NCBI GenBank assembly: GCA_004022145.1
Contig: RCNU01000001.1
Length of the DNA stretch: 64,000 bases
DNA from: Paecilomyces variotii
Lineage: Eukaryota
Strand: one strand, 5' to 3'
In this document: piece after piece, positions 63,280 to 64,000 of the stretch
Numbering within the stretch: position 1 is the first letter of the stretch
Layout: the number at the start of each line of letters is the position of its first letter
The notes under the pieces: generated by a model
Databases searched by the model: none
What the model saw: only the letters and a program-made list of their open reading frames with translations
What the model was told of the DNA's origin: nothing
Position numbers and translations under genes: made by a program

Positions 63280-64000
63280 CTAGTAGGAATTTGAGCCGTT
63301 CGTCGTCGTCGTTTCGAGTACTATTTCGTCTCGCGCGGGGAGAAAACGGCGACGAGTCCTGTCCGCGTTGAAACCGCAAGGTAACACGAGGACCTTCTTT
63401 TGCGTTGTGTAGGAAACGTAATAATCGGAGAGCCTCTAGTAGTCCATGTAAATTCGCTATTATTGTTTTAGCCCTGCTTCGGTTTGATCACCCTGGTTTT
63501 GGTTTGGCGCAGACACTGCTCGGACTCCGTCGATATGGTGACGGCACCCCGAGATTATTGTTTTGTTTCTCCACACCCCTAGCCTAGCCAACTTTGTTCC
63601 CACCTGCAGGAGGACCGAGCTGGTCTAGTGTGGCAGAATAATGGCGACGGTGTGTTTGGGAGAGAAATGACTTCAGTAGAGTTCAGGACCGGCGGGAAAG
63701 AAAGTCCGTATATTCATCTGACGATAGCTGTAGACGGGGAGATCATTGTTCAATTATTATGGATTGATTGATCGATCAGTTATTGATGAGGGCAGGGGTG
63801 GGAAGAGAAGCATAAGAAAACAGTGTCGGTGCGGTCTGAGTTGAACGGGAGATCGACTGTTATTATTGCAGATCTTCTTTCTGGCCTGATAAGAGATGGG
63901 GAAAGAGAGCAGAGATGCATGCATGGATGGGAGAATCCAGTCTCTGATGTGTTGTGCATTCGACAGTCTCTTGATGGTTAACTAGAGAGTAGGATTATTA

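Overview
Intron-containing DNA from a filamentous ascomycete. The gene set, GT-AG introns of about 50-115 nt with CTRAY branch points, and apsB-like and C6 genes point to Eurotiales (Aspergillus/Paecilomyces-like); this placement is an inference. I can support 17 protein-coding genes, with exons reconstructed by hand and frame-checked: a partial protein L-isoaspartate O-methyltransferase at the left edge (missed by the ORF track), CDC7, condensin YCS4, an OSBP-family protein, OTU1, RSC1/2, a CCCH zinc-finger protein, HOP2, CHS4/SKT5, CHL1, an alpha/beta-hydrolase, phospholipase D, a Ras-like GTPase, a Zn2Cys6 transcription factor, aldose 1-epimerase, quinolinate phosphoribosyltransferase and ApsB. 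The first 39 kb is gene-dense and rich in chromosome and cell-cycle genes; 39-56 kb has long AT-rich intergenic tracts. I found no tRNA/rRNA, CRISPR array, intact transposon or secondary-metabolite cluster, and no clear new multi-gene system. The most interesting signals are at the RNA-processing and targeting level: structured long introns (notably in the NAD-biosynthesis gene), 5-13 nt microexons in core motifs, functional C-termini encoded on tiny last exons, and candidate organelle-targeting signals. All base-pairing was identified by eye and has not been computed.
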